Positions 8,437 through 17,347 of a stretch of 24,656 nucleotides of DNA are shown here, piece after piece. The notes below the pieces were generated by a model. That model searched no databases. It was not told the origin of the DNA and saw nothing but the letters and a program-made list of their open reading frames with translations. This DNA comes from an uncultured Deinococcales bacterium (lineage in GTDB: Bacteria; Deinococcota; Deinococci; Deinococcales; JAAFIG01). The stretch's first letter is position 1. Every line of letters begins with the position of its first letter. The stretch is taken from contig CAXTKV010000060.1 in assembly GCA_964244895.1 (NCBI GenBank), positions 1 to 24,656 of the forward strand, given 5' to 3'. Both the position numbers and the translations under genes were made by a program.

Positions 8437-10161
8437 GTGATGCTTCGTGAAGCCTTCGGGATTCTGGCGCTCAGCGAAAAAGACCTCGACCCGCGCGCCC
8501 TGGAAGCCGTCCTGACCGCCAGGCTCGAAACCGCCGAATTTCACGACATTCCCCGGTTGCTCGAGGCCTACCGAACCGTCAACGGTTTGCTCGAGACGCA
8601 GATGTGGTACTGGAATCCGGAAACCACCTCGATTCACCACCAGGACGGTTCGACCATCGAGTTGCGCGGCGCGAACGCCAGCGCAGCCGTCATGACCGCG
8701 CCCCCGCCGTCGCCGCCGGCATTGACGCCCCCGGCATTGACGCCCCCGGCGCTGACGCCCCCGTCCGCCCCCCAGGGTTCCAGGGCTGACGAGGTCGAAC
8801 TGATCACCGATGGCGCACCCGCGATACCCGAGCTTCCGGCTCCAGCGGTTCGAGCTGCCGTGTCGGACGACGTATCGCTGGTCGTGGACGAGGAGGCCGA
8901 AACCCGCGCCACCCCAATCATCCCACCGCCCAGCCCGGCCTTCGGTAGCCACACCCCAACCGCCCAACCGTTCGAGGAATCCGTCAGGTTGACTTCACGG
9001 GTCGAATTTCCGCCGGCTCCCACCAACGCCGCTCGCGCCCCGCAGCCGGAGATGATCACGCAACCGCGCATCAACCGCTCCATTCCCATCGGCGCGGACG
9101 ATGATCTCGAGCAAGCGCACAGCACCATGGTGATCGTCCCACCGCGCCGCAAAGTCACCGCGCCGTGGGTGGTGGCCGTCGCCGCCGTCGGCCTGGCGGG
9201 TGGACTGTGGGTTCTACAATCTCAGACTGGACGCAGCGCGCAGCGCAACTCGGTCGCCCCGATCGTCCGGCCCAGCGCCGTGAACACCGCGCCATCGCCC
9301 GCCCCAGCGCCACCCGTCGCGACCAAACCCGCGACTGCGCCGCGCGCCGCGAATCCCGCGCCTAAACCGGCGGTCAAACCCGCGACTGCCGCGACCAAAC
9401 CCGCCCCGATCGAGCCTGCAATCAAGACAGCCATCAAGCCCGCCGCAAAACCCGCGCCCAAACCACCGGCGCTCGTCTCGAGCGGCAAACCGAGCGCGCC
9501 GAAACCAATTGAACTGAAGCCGACAGCCCCGAAACCGACCGCCCCGAAGCCGACCACCACGGCTTCGGCAAAACCGCAGAATCCGACGATCGAGGTGACC
9601 CCACCCGCCGCGACGCCGAAAGCTGCGACGCCAGCATCGGTCCGACCGAAACCCGTCGCGGTGAAACCGCAACCCACCCCGTCCTTCGCACCGCCTCCGC
9701 CCGCTCCGAAACCCGTCGCGGTGCAGAAACCTACCCCGGTCAGCCCGCCCGCGCAGGTGCGACCGGCAGCCAAACCGGCGGTCGCCGTCACGAGACCCGC
9801 TCCGCAACCGGCTGCCAGACCAGCCCCCAAGCCTGCCGCCGCACCCCCAACCGCAGCGACCACGATCAAACCCGCCCAGAGGCCGATTGCGCCGCGACCG
9901 AAGCCCGTCTCCGTGCCCGCACCCGTTGCAGTCATCGAGGCGCCTAAAAGCACCGGCCTGCCCGACAACCTGACCCGCGAAGAATACGGCAGGCGCTACT
10001 TCAACCAGAAAATCTTCGAGGTCTGGCAGCGTTCCGGCGCGCAATTGCGGTACGCGACCTGGGAGGCCATCCCGCTCGAGATTCAGACCCTGGATTCCAA
10101 TCGTTTCCGCTCGGCGGTCTATATTGCGCCCCCGCCTGAACCGCAAGAATCCCCGAAGTAA
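8437..10161 (+). CDS. Hypothetical bitopic membrane protein with long Pro/Ala/Lys-rich linkers
   Basis: 574-aa ORF with a helical N-terminal domain, one hydrophobic segment (WVVAVAAVGLAGGLWVL) after a basic RRK, a ~240-aa PAPKP-rich region and an aromatic-rich C-terminal domain. Confidence 0.75.
   Translation: MMLREAFGILALSEKDLDPRALEAVLTARLETAEFHDIPRLLEAYRTVNGLLETQMWYWNPETTSIHHQDGSTIELRGANASAAVMTAPPPSPPALTPPALTPPALTPPSAPQGSRADEVELITDGAPAIPELPAPAVRAAVSDDVSLVVDEEAETRATPIIPPPSPAFGSHTPTAQPFEESVRLTSRVEFPPAPTNAARAPQPEMITQPRINRSIPIGADDDLEQAHSTMVIVPPRRKVTAPWVVAVAAVGLAGGLWVLQSQTGRSAQRNSVAPIVRPSAVNTAPSPAPAPPVATKPATAPRAANPAPKPAVKPATAATKPAPIEPAIKTAIKPAAKPAPKPPALVSSGKPSAPKPIELKPTAPKPTAPKPTTTASAKPQNPTIEVTPPAATPKAATPASVRPKPVAVKPQPTPSFAPPPPAPKPVAVQKPTPVSPPAQVRPAAKPAVAVTRPAPQPAARPAPKPAAAPPTAATTIKPAQRPIAPRPKPVSVPAPVAVIEAPKSTGLPDNLTREEYGRRYFNQKIFEVWQRSGAQLRYATWEAIPLEIQTLDSNRFRSAVYIAPPPEPQESPK
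8713..8763 (+). repeat. 15-nt coding tandem repeat x3 (PPALT)
   Basis: ccgccggcattgacg cccccggcattgacg cccccggcgctgacg cccccg. Confidence 0.85.
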
Positions 10162-10353
10162 GGCTGCAGCGATCTCGAGAGACAGCCTCGGGAACCGTTC
10201 ATGCGACGAATCCGCGCTCGGGAAATCGGGCGCGGTTCGCGTTCGCTCCGGTATCGGTTCGTTCTCGGATCACCGACGCGATCTCGAGCTTCGATCTCGA
10301 GCGCGAGTGCTCTCGAGTATTCGCCCGATTCTTCAGGACGCCCAATGCTTCGT

Positions 10354-10421
10354 GACCGTCCAGGACGCAATAAAACACGCTGTGCAGCCTGATCTCGCGG
10401 CTGTGACGGTCTTTTCTCGAG
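10354..10421. repeat. Intergenic palindromic repeat family, degenerate long form
   Basis: GACCGTCCAGGACGCAATAAAACAC...GACGGTCTTTTCTCGAG. The loop resembles the reverse complement of the copy at 15992-16045. Confidence 0.75.
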
Positions 10422-10564
10422 CGTGAAACGTACCGCGCCCGAATCTCGAGCCGATGGCCTTGAAGCTGAAAACCGAACCGGTTTAGTCTGTCCAGACCCA
10501 AAGCGCACGCGAATCGAGCTTCTGTGCCGTCCGTCACGCTCGATTCCACGAGGAGGAATTCAGT

Positions 10565-12076
10565 TTGAGCGACCCGTATTTCATCGGTGTGGATGGCGGT
10601 ACGGAGGGTTTGCGCGCCGGAGTCTTCGACTTGCGCGGACACCCGATCGCGTTCGCTTCGACCGCGTACAGCACGGCGTTCCCGCGTCCAGGCTGGGCGG
10701 AACAGAACCCGGACGATTGGTGGACGGCGCTCGGATTGAGCGTCAAAAGCGCGGTACTCGAGGCGAAAATCGACCCGGCGCAGGTCGCCGCGATCTGCCT
10801 GGACACGACCTCGTGCAGCGTCGTGGCGCTGGACGCGGCGGGACGGCACGTGCGGCCCGCGCTGATCTGGATGGACGTGCGCAGCGGCGATCAGGCCCGA
10901 CGCATCGCGCAGAGCGGCGACGATGCGCTGCGCGTCAACGGCTACGGCCCGGTCAGTTCCGAGTGGATGGCTCCCAAAGCCCTGTGGTTGCTCGAGAACG
11001 AGCCTGACAACTTCCAGCGCGCCGCGTTCATCTGCGAGTACCAGGATTACCTCAACCACCGCCTGACCGGACGGATGGTCGGCAGCCTCAACAACGCCTC
11101 GATCCGCTGGTATTACGACCGCTCGCGCGGCGGATTCCAGCGCTCTATTTTTGAACGCGTCGGTCTGGGCGCGGTGCTCGAGAAATTCCCCGAAGACATC
11201 ATCCCGATGGGCGACGCGATCGGCCCGCTGACCCCACAAGCCGCCGCGCACCTGGGCTTGCCGCCATCCACGCCCGTTGTGCAGGGCGGCGCAGACGCCT
11301 TCGTGGCGATGGTCGGGCTGGGGGTGGTGCGCCCCGGACGGTTGGCGTTCATCACCGGGTCATCGCATTTGCACCTGGGATTGACGGACAAACCGATTCA
11401 CGCGCACGGCATCTGGGGCACGTACCCGGACGCCGTAGTGAAGGGCTTATTCACCATCGAGGGCGGGCAGACTTCGACTGGATCGGTGATCGCCTGGTTG
11501 CGCCGACTGATGGGCGAACCCGACTACGAAGCGCTGAACCAGAAAGCCGTGCGCCTGCCGCCCGGCGCGGAAGGGCTGGTGGTGCTCGAGCATTTTCAGG
11601 GCAACCGCACGCCGCACACCGACCCGGATAGCCGGGGTGTGATCTCCGGCTTGACGCTCAAACACGGCGCCGAGCATCTGTACCGCGCGGTGATCGAAGG
11701 TGTGGCTTACGGCACGGAGGACGTTTTTGCCGCCATGCGCCGCGCCGGGTACGCCCCGCAAGAATTCATCATGTGCGGCGGCGCGACCCGATCAGAACTC
11801 TGGATGCAGATCCACGCCGACGTGAGCGGCGTACCCATCCGCCTGACCCGCGTGCCCGACGCCGCCGCCCTCGGCAGCGCGATCCTGGCCGCCGTCGGCG
11901 CTGGCGCGTACCCCAGCATCCAGAGCGCCTGCGACGAGATGGTCGAATTCACCCGCACCATCGAACCCGACCTGGACAATCACGAAGCCTACAAACCCCT
12001 GCTCGAGGCGTACCGCGCCACCTACGCCAACCTGAAGGACACGCTGCACGCCCAGGCCGCCATCGCTCGAGGTTGA
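10565..12076 (+). CDS. FGGY-family carbohydrate (pentulose/ribulo-like) kinase
   Basis: IGVDGGTEG, PGWAEQNPDDWW, LIWMDVRS, GGADA, FQGNRTPHTD, RAVIEG and CGGATRS. AGGAGG RBS before TTG. Confidence 0.93.
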   Translation: MSDPYFIGVDGGTEGLRAGVFDLRGHPIAFASTAYSTAFPRPGWAEQNPDDWWTALGLSVKSAVLEAKIDPAQVAAICLDTTSCSVVALDAAGRHVRPALIWMDVRSGDQARRIAQSGDDALRVNGYGPVSSEWMAPKALWLLENEPDNFQRAAFICEYQDYLNHRLTGRMVGSLNNASIRWYYDRSRGGFQRSIFERVGLGAVLEKFPEDIIPMGDAIGPLTPQAAAHLGLPPSTPVVQGGADAFVAMVGLGVVRPGRLAFITGSSHLHLGLTDKPIHAHGIWGTYPDAVVKGLFTIEGGQTSTGSVIAWLRRLMGEPDYEALNQKAVRLPPGAEGLVVLEHFQGNRTPHTDPDSRGVISGLTLKHGAEHLYRAVIEGVAYGTEDVFAAMRRAGYAPQEFIMCGGATRSELWMQIHADVSGVPIRLTRVPDAAALGSAILAAVGAGAYPSIQSACDEMVEFTRTIEPDLDNHEAYKPLLEAYRATYANLKDTLHAQAAIARG

Positions 12077-12077
12077 A

Positions 12078-12165
12078 TCCTCGAGACCGGGTTTCTCGAG
12101 ACTGGGTTCCTCGCGAACACCGTTCGGCACGGGGTTCTCGATTTACGTGCAAGACGGTGCTCTTG
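12078..12165. repeat. 15-nt CTCGAG-containing tandem unit followed by short-form palindrome copies
   Basis: TCCTCGAGACCGGGT TTCTCGAGACTGGGT TCCTCGCGA, then GAACACCGT-tcggc-ACGGGGTTC and a further half site AGACGGTGCTC. Confidence 0.7.
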
Positions 12166-12170
12166 AACTG

Positions 12171-12329
12171 CACCTCCACTTTTGAGAGGGGAGATGTCAT
12201 AAGCCTGATCAAAGCTGATGACGGAGGGGTCGCCGTGCGCGAACAGCGACCCCTCCGTCTGTCGCGTCACAAAAACAAAGGCGTGACGCTTTTGTCCTCC
12301 CCTGCCTTTAGCAGGGGAGGACAAAAGCG
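12171..12329. repeat. Second, distinct multi-hairpin intergenic element
   Basis: 14-bp IR at 12220-12233/12246-12259, 7-bp IR at 12264-12270/12283-12289 and 19-bp IR at 12287-12305/12311-12329. Confidence 0.8.
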
Positions 12330-12331
12330 AG

Positions 12332-12390
12332 GAACACCGTCCACCACACAATTTCTCGAGGATCCAGGAGTGCCGTGTGGGACGATGTTC
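12332..12390. repeat. Intergenic palindromic repeat family, long degenerate form
   Basis: GAACACCGTCCACCACAC...CTCGAG...GTGTGGGACGATGTTC. Confidence 0.75.
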
Positions 12391-12398
12391 TGCTGATC

Positions 12399-15080
12399 TC
12401 AACCCGTGTTCCGCAACCCCGCCGCGATGCCCTGAATTGAGAGCATCAGCGCGCGCTCCAGGGCGGGACGGTCGGCGTGATCGTCGGGCAGGCGGCGGTA
12501 GCGGCGCAATAGCTCGACCTGGACGTGATGGATCGGGTCGACGTAAGGGTTCCGAAGGTCTATGGATCGTTTCAGCACGGCTTCCGTCTCGAGCAATTCG
12601 GTTCCGGTGGCGCGCGTCACCAGCTTGAGGGTTCTGGCGAATTCCTTCTGGATGCGCACGGCCAGCGTCTGGTCTTTGGCCAGACTGGCGTAGCGCGCGA
12701 ACAGGCCCATGTCGGCTTTGGCCAGGCTCATCTGGGCGTTGTCCAGCAGGGATCGGAAGAACGGCCATTGGCGGTACATTTCGCTGGCCAGGCCGGGGTA
12801 TTTCTTCTCGATGACTTCCAGGCCAGCGCCCAGGCCGTACCAACCGGGCAGGTTGGCGCGGGTCTGCGTCCAGGACATGACCCACGGAATCGCGCGCAGG
12901 TTTTCCAGGCTGGCCGGGCCGGGGCGTCTGACGGGGCGCGAGGCGATCTTCAGGCTGGCGATCTCGCGGATCGGGGTAGCGGCCTCGAAGAAGCTCACGA
13001 AGCCGGGGTCGTGAACGAACGCTTCGTAGACCTCGCGCGAGACTTTCGCGGCGCGATCCAGGGCGTCGCGGTACTGCTGCGGCCAGTCGGTCGGTTCCTG
13101 CGCGGCGGACACGATCAGCGCGTAGAGCAGTTGCTCCAGATTGCGCTTGGCGAGCGCGGGGCTGGCGTACCGATCCGCCAGCGCTTCGCCCTGCTCGGTC
13201 AACCGCAATCCAGCCCCGATGGTTCCGGGCGGTTGCGCCTGAATGCCGCGCGCCGCCGGGCCGCCGCCGCGCCCGATGCTGGTGCCGCGCCCGTGAAAGA
13301 AGCGGTGCGAGACGTGAAAGCGTTTGAAGACTTCCGTCATGCGCTCCTGCGCGGTGTAGAGCGCCCAGTTGGCCGCCAGGAAGCCCGCTTCCTTGTTGGA
13401 ATCCGAGTAGCCGATCATGACTTCCTGCACGCGATCCCCGACGTGCGCGCGGTAGACGGGGCTTTCCAGCAAGCGGGTCATCACGGCGGGCGCGACCTCG
13501 AGATCCTCTAAGGTTTCAAACAACGGCGAGACATCCACGTCCCCGACGCCCGCCTCTCGGGCCAGGATCAGGACTTCCAGCACGTCGCTGACGCTTTCCG
13601 CGTGCGAGATCACGTACCGACCGAAGGCGGCGTGACCCGCGCGTTGTCGGGCTTCGCGCATGGCTTCGAGCGGTTCGAGCGCCCACTGGATGTTCTCGGA
13701 TTGGGTCGCGCCGCGCGGCAGGAGCGGCCTGGGACTCGAGAGTTCGCGCTCCAGGATCTCCACGCGGCTCGCCTCGGGCAGGCTGGCGTAATCCGGGCTG
13801 ACGCCGCCCACGGCCAGCAGGTCGTGAATCGCGCCCTCGAGCTTGCCGGAAAAATCGCGGATGTCCAACGACACCAGGTGGCGCCCGAAGGTGCGCGTTT
13901 GGGTCAGCGCGGGCCGCGCGAAGACGCCCGCCGCGCGGTTCTGGTGCGCCCGCTCCAGGGCCGCCACCACCCGCTCGAGCGCCGGGGTGGGATCGCTCGG
14001 GTGTTCGCCGTCCAGCCCGTCGTGGGCGGCCTGCACTTCGGCGCGCCACGGCTCGAGATCGCCGTGACCCAGTTCCTTGGGCGCGGTGACTCGCGCGCGG
14101 TGCTCGGAAAGGTTGGCGAAGAGCGCGCGCAGCACGGATTGCAATTCGGTTCTGGCCCGATCCGCGTGCATGGAGAGCGTGTCGCGCGTGACTTCCGGCG
14201 TGACGTTCGGGTTGCCGTCGCGGTCGCCACCGATCCAGGAATAGAGCTTCAACGGCAGGGCGGGCACGCCGCGCTCCACGGTGCTCGCGCCGAATTCCTG
14301 GGCTACGGCCTCGCGCAAATCGCGCTCGAGTTCCGGCAGCGCCTCGCGGATGAAGGTCAGGTAGTACAACCCGCCGCGCACCTCGTCGCGCACGGTCGGG
14401 TTGCGGGCGTGCAACTCGAGCGTGCCCCAGAGCGCTTCTATGCGCGCAGAAACGCGCTCTAAAGCTTCGGCTTGCGCGGATTCCGATTCAAAGTTCGGCA
14501 GTTCCGCCGCGATCAATTCCAGGTGATGGCGCACCGTGCGCCGCCGCATCTCGGTCGGGTGCGCCGTGAAGGTCAGACCCAGTTCCAGTGAGCCGACCAA
14601 AGAAAGAATTTTTCTGGCCGTCCAGCCTCGCGCCCTGAGGGTGTGAATCGCGTCGTGCAGGCTCTGGCGGCGGGGTTCGGTCTTTCCTTCGGGCGCGTCG
14701 CTCGGGGTGCTACTCGAGCGACGCCGCACGCGGTGGCGCTCCTCGGCCAGGTTGACCAGGTTGAAATAATGGCTGAACGCCCGCACCAGCGCTTCCGCGT
14801 CGCGCACGTCCAGGCCGCGCACGGTCTTCTCCAGTTTCGCCGTCGTGGCGGTATCCGACGGGCGGCGGCGCAGGCGTTTGGTCATCTCGCGCACGTCCTC
14901 TTCCAGCAAAAAGAAGCGTTCGCCCTCCTGCTCGCGCAGCACCGCGCCCAGACAGCGCCCCAACAAGTCCACGTCCCGCGCCAGCGGATCGCGCTCCAAG
15001 GTGGGGCCGGAGACCGTCAGGGACGGTGTTTTTTTCTTGCGCGACGGACGGTCTTTTTGCGAGTCGCTGTTTTTAAGCAC
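12399..15080 (-). CDS. ppc: Phosphoenolpyruvate carboxylase
   Basis: LTFTAHPTE, SWIGGDRDGNPNVT, PLFETLEDL, VMIGYSDSNKEAG, FHGRGTSIGRGGGP, LRAIPWVMSWTQTR and C-terminal GLRNTG. Start placed at GTG 15080, downstream of GAGGGGG and overlapping the upstream stop. Alternative starts are 15122 and 14999. Confidence 0.96.
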   Translation of the reverse strand: MLKNSDSQKDRPSRKKKTPSLTVSGPTLERDPLARDVDLLGRCLGAVLREQEGERFFLLEEDVREMTKRLRRRPSDTATTAKLEKTVRGLDVRDAEALVRAFSHYFNLVNLAEERHRVRRRSSSTPSDAPEGKTEPRRQSLHDAIHTLRARGWTARKILSLVGSLELGLTFTAHPTEMRRRTVRHHLELIAAELPNFESESAQAEALERVSARIEALWGTLELHARNPTVRDEVRGGLYYLTFIREALPELERDLREAVAQEFGASTVERGVPALPLKLYSWIGGDRDGNPNVTPEVTRDTLSMHADRARTELQSVLRALFANLSEHRARVTAPKELGHGDLEPWRAEVQAAHDGLDGEHPSDPTPALERVVAALERAHQNRAAGVFARPALTQTRTFGRHLVSLDIRDFSGKLEGAIHDLLAVGGVSPDYASLPEASRVEILERELSSPRPLLPRGATQSENIQWALEPLEAMREARQRAGHAAFGRYVISHAESVSDVLEVLILAREAGVGDVDVSPLFETLEDLEVAPAVMTRLLESPVYRAHVGDRVQEVMIGYSDSNKEAGFLAANWALYTAQERMTEVFKRFHVSHRFFHGRGTSIGRGGGPAARGIQAQPPGTIGAGLRLTEQGEALADRYASPALAKRNLEQLLYALIVSAAQEPTDWPQQYRDALDRAAKVSREVYEAFVHDPGFVSFFEAATPIREIASLKIASRPVRRPGPASLENLRAIPWVMSWTQTRANLPGWYGLGAGLEVIEKKYPGLASEMYRQWPFFRSLLDNAQMSLAKADMGLFARYASLAKDQTLAVRIQKEFARTLKLVTRATGTELLETEAVLKRSIDLRNPYVDPIHHVQVELLRRYRRLPDDHADRPALERALMLSIQGIAAGLRNTG

Positions 15081-15870
15081 GGTGCGTTTCCCCCTCGAAT
15101 TGACCCTCGGCTTGACCTTCACGGAATCGGTAACGCGCTGCGCGCACCACCCGGTCGGACTCGATCTCGAGTTCCACGGCGTTCAACTCACACGGCCCTT
15201 CGGCCACGCCGATCTTGTGCGGCAAGCCCGTGCGGAAGCGGTAAATGGCGCCCTCCAGGCCGATGCCGATGCTGGAATTGCTGGGGCCGGTCATGCCGAT
15301 ATCGGACTGGAAGGCCGTACCAGCCGTCAAAAAGCGCGTGTCCGCCGTCGGCACGTGCGTGTGCGTGCCCAGCACGGCGGCCACGCGACCATCGAAAGCC
15401 CAGGCGAAACAGGCTTTTTCCGAGGTCGCTTCCGCGTGAAAATCCACGATCACCGCGCCCAGGTTTTTTCCTTCCAGCACGGTTTCCAGCGCCGCGAACG
15501 GATCATCCAGCGCGTTCATGAACAAGCGACCCATGGCGTTCACCACCGTGATCCGCTGACCCGCCGCCGTGAAGCTTCCCCAGCCTCGACCGGGCGCACC
15601 GCTCGGGTAATTGAGCGGACGGATGACGCGCTCGTCGTCCACCAAGCCCAGCACTTCCTTGTTGTCCCAGGTGTGATTCCCGAGCGTCACCACGTCCACG
15701 CCCGCCCTGGTCAGGGTCTGGAAGCTCTCAAGGTTCAGCCCGAAACCGCCCGCCGCGTTTTCCGCGTTGGCGATCACCAGGTCGTAGCGGTTGCGGATGC
15801 TCGGCAGGTGCGCCGCGACCAGCGCGCGTCCCGGTTTGCCGAACACGTCACCGATAAAAAGAACGCGCAC
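15073..15870 (-). CDS. ymdB: TIGR00282/YmdB-family metallophosphoesterase
   Basis: MRVLFIGDVFGKPGR, NAENAAGGFG, TLGNHTWD, DFHAEATSEK, GTHTHVPTAD and DIGMTGP. Confidence 0.93.
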   Translation of the reverse strand: MRVLFIGDVFGKPGRALVAAHLPSIRNRYDLVIANAENAAGGFGLNLESFQTLTRAGVDVVTLGNHTWDNKEVLGLVDDERVIRPLNYPSGAPGRGWGSFTAAGQRITVVNAMGRLFMNALDDPFAALETVLEGKNLGAVIVDFHAEATSEKACFAWAFDGRVAAVLGTHTHVPTADTRFLTAGTAFQSDIGMTGPSNSSIGIGLEGAIYRFRTGLPHKIGVAEGPCELNAVELEIESDRVVRAARYRFREGQAEGQFEGETHRA

Positions 15871-15876
15871 CCGCGA

Positions 15877-15885
15877 ATGCTAACA
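15877..15885 (-). promoter_or_regulatory. Extended -10 box of a leaderless promoter (ymdB-ppc)
   Basis: Minus strand reads TGT-TAGCAT, 6 nt, GTG start. No SD. Confidence 0.65.
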
Positions 15886-15991
15886 CCCGCCCTGCTGGCG
15901 ACGGTCGCCCGAACGTTCGTTCTCGAGCGGCGGGAGCCGCCCCGAAATTCGGGTCGGTGTACAAGCGCGTAAAGCTTCCGGGCGACTTCCT

Positions 15992-16045
15992 CGAGAACAC
16001 CGTCCAGTACACAGTATTTTATTTGCGTGCTGGACGGTGTTCTCG
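15992..16045. repeat. Intergenic palindromic repeat family, long form
   Basis: Perfect 16-bp IR CGAGAACACCGTCCAG / CTGGACGGTGTTCTCG. The loop shares AATACTGTG (on the reverse strand) with the copy at 5206-5253. Confidence 0.9.
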
Positions 16046-16056
16046 TTGGCTCGGGG

Positions 16057-17025
16057 TCAGCTTGAAACTTCAGATCGGGACGCTTCACCCGCCACCCGCG
16101 CGGGATCGCTTTCGAGGTGTTCGTTTCGCGCGCCCGGCAGCACGAACATCGCCGCGCCCGGACGCACGCGGGCCGTGATCGGCGTGGTCGCCTCGAGCAA
16201 TTCGCCATCGAACTGCACGGGCAGCGGCGGATCGGCCCAGAGTTTCACCTCGCGCGCCCGGTGCACCTCGAGCTGGTTGCTGACATCGAAGGCGGGCCAA
16301 CCGATTTTTTCCGCGACCGCCCGCGCGAAGATCGGTACGAGTTCCACGCCGGATCGGGCTTTGATCACAGCGACTTCCAGCAGTCCGTCCGCGCTGTCCG
16401 TGCCGGGGATCACGTCCAAGTCCAGAATTTTTCCGATGTTGACGATCATCACGCCGATACCGCTGGCCTCGATGCGCACGCCGTCCAGAAAGAGCGTGAA
16501 CCTGGACACCGCGACACGCGCGGTCAGTCCGGTCGCGAAGTACGCGCTGAGGCCCAGGCGGGGTTTCCAATCGACCGCGCCAGCCATGATGGCCGCATCG
16601 ATGCCAGCGCCAGCCCCCATCGCGAAGCCGACGCGCGAGGGTTCGGGTGCGCCCCCGTCGAACTCGAGTTCGCCCAGGTCGAAGCGTCCCGTGTTTCCGG
16701 TCAAGGCGATCAGCGCGAGCGCGGCGGGATCGCTGGGCAGGCCGTGGTGTTTGCTGACCCAGTTGGCCGTGCCCGCCGGGTACGCCAGGATCGGTACGCC
16801 GCTATCGGCCAGGACGTGCGCTACGCCGCCGATCGTGCCATCGCCGCCCGCCGCCACGACCCGATCGAAATCTCGGGCATCGCGGAGCATTTCCTCGAGC
16901 CTCGAGCCGGGGCGAAGCGTCCTGACGGTCACGCGCGCCCGCAACAGCTCGAGGGCAGCGATAAAGGTCGGGAAGCCCGCGTCGCCCTGACCGGAATTCG
17001 GGTTGTGAATCACCAGAATATTCAT
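16057..17025 (-). CDS. Diacylglycerol/lipid kinase family protein (YegS/BmrU-like)
   Basis: HNPNSG, VAAGGDGTI, YPAGTAN, GAGIDA, DGLLEV and VQFDGE. Confidence 0.92.
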   Translation of the reverse strand: MNILVIHNPNSGQGDAGFPTFIAALELLRARVTVRTLRPGSRLEEMLRDARDFDRVVAAGGDGTIGGVAHVLADSGVPILAYPAGTANWVSKHHGLPSDPAALALIALTGNTGRFDLGELEFDGGAPEPSRVGFAMGAGAGIDAAIMAGAVDWKPRLGLSAYFATGLTARVAVSRFTLFLDGVRIEASGIGVMIVNIGKILDLDVIPGTDSADGLLEVAVIKARSGVELVPIFARAVAEKIGWPAFDVSNQLEVHRAREVKLWADPPLPVQFDGELLEATTPITARVRPGAAMFVLPGARNEHLESDPARVAGEASRSEVSS

Positions 17026-17080
17026 CTCTCGCCCAATCGCAGCGCCGTCTGCCGCGCCCGAGCGCAGTTTTGATCGCGTT

Positions 17081-17338
17081 TCAGAGGTTTCGCTCGAGTT
17101 CCGCGAGGAAGTGTACGGCGCGCGAATGAGCCAGGTGTGCGTCGTCGAGTTCAGAGGCTTCCAGCGTCAGCGCCACGACCTCCAACGAATCGCCCAGAAA
17201 GACCGCGCTGACGCGCCCACCGCAGACCTGACCGACGCTCAGGCGCTCGCGGTACGCGGATGCTTCCAGCACGTCCAGCATGGCGCGCACGCCAGCCCGG
17301 TCGGGTGTGCCCTGTGCAATCTCGAGGCTCGGGTTCAT
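17081..17338 (-). CDS. Small hypothetical protein (85 aa), probably leaderless
   Basis: Fills the gap between co-oriented genes. TAGGAT lies 6 nt upstream of the ATG. Confidence 0.6.
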   Translation of the reverse strand: MNPSLEIAQGTPDRAGVRAMLDVLEASAYRERLSVGQVCGGRVSAVFLGDSLEVVALTLEASELDDAHLAHSRAVHFLAELERNL

Positions 17339-17347
17339 ACCAGAATC

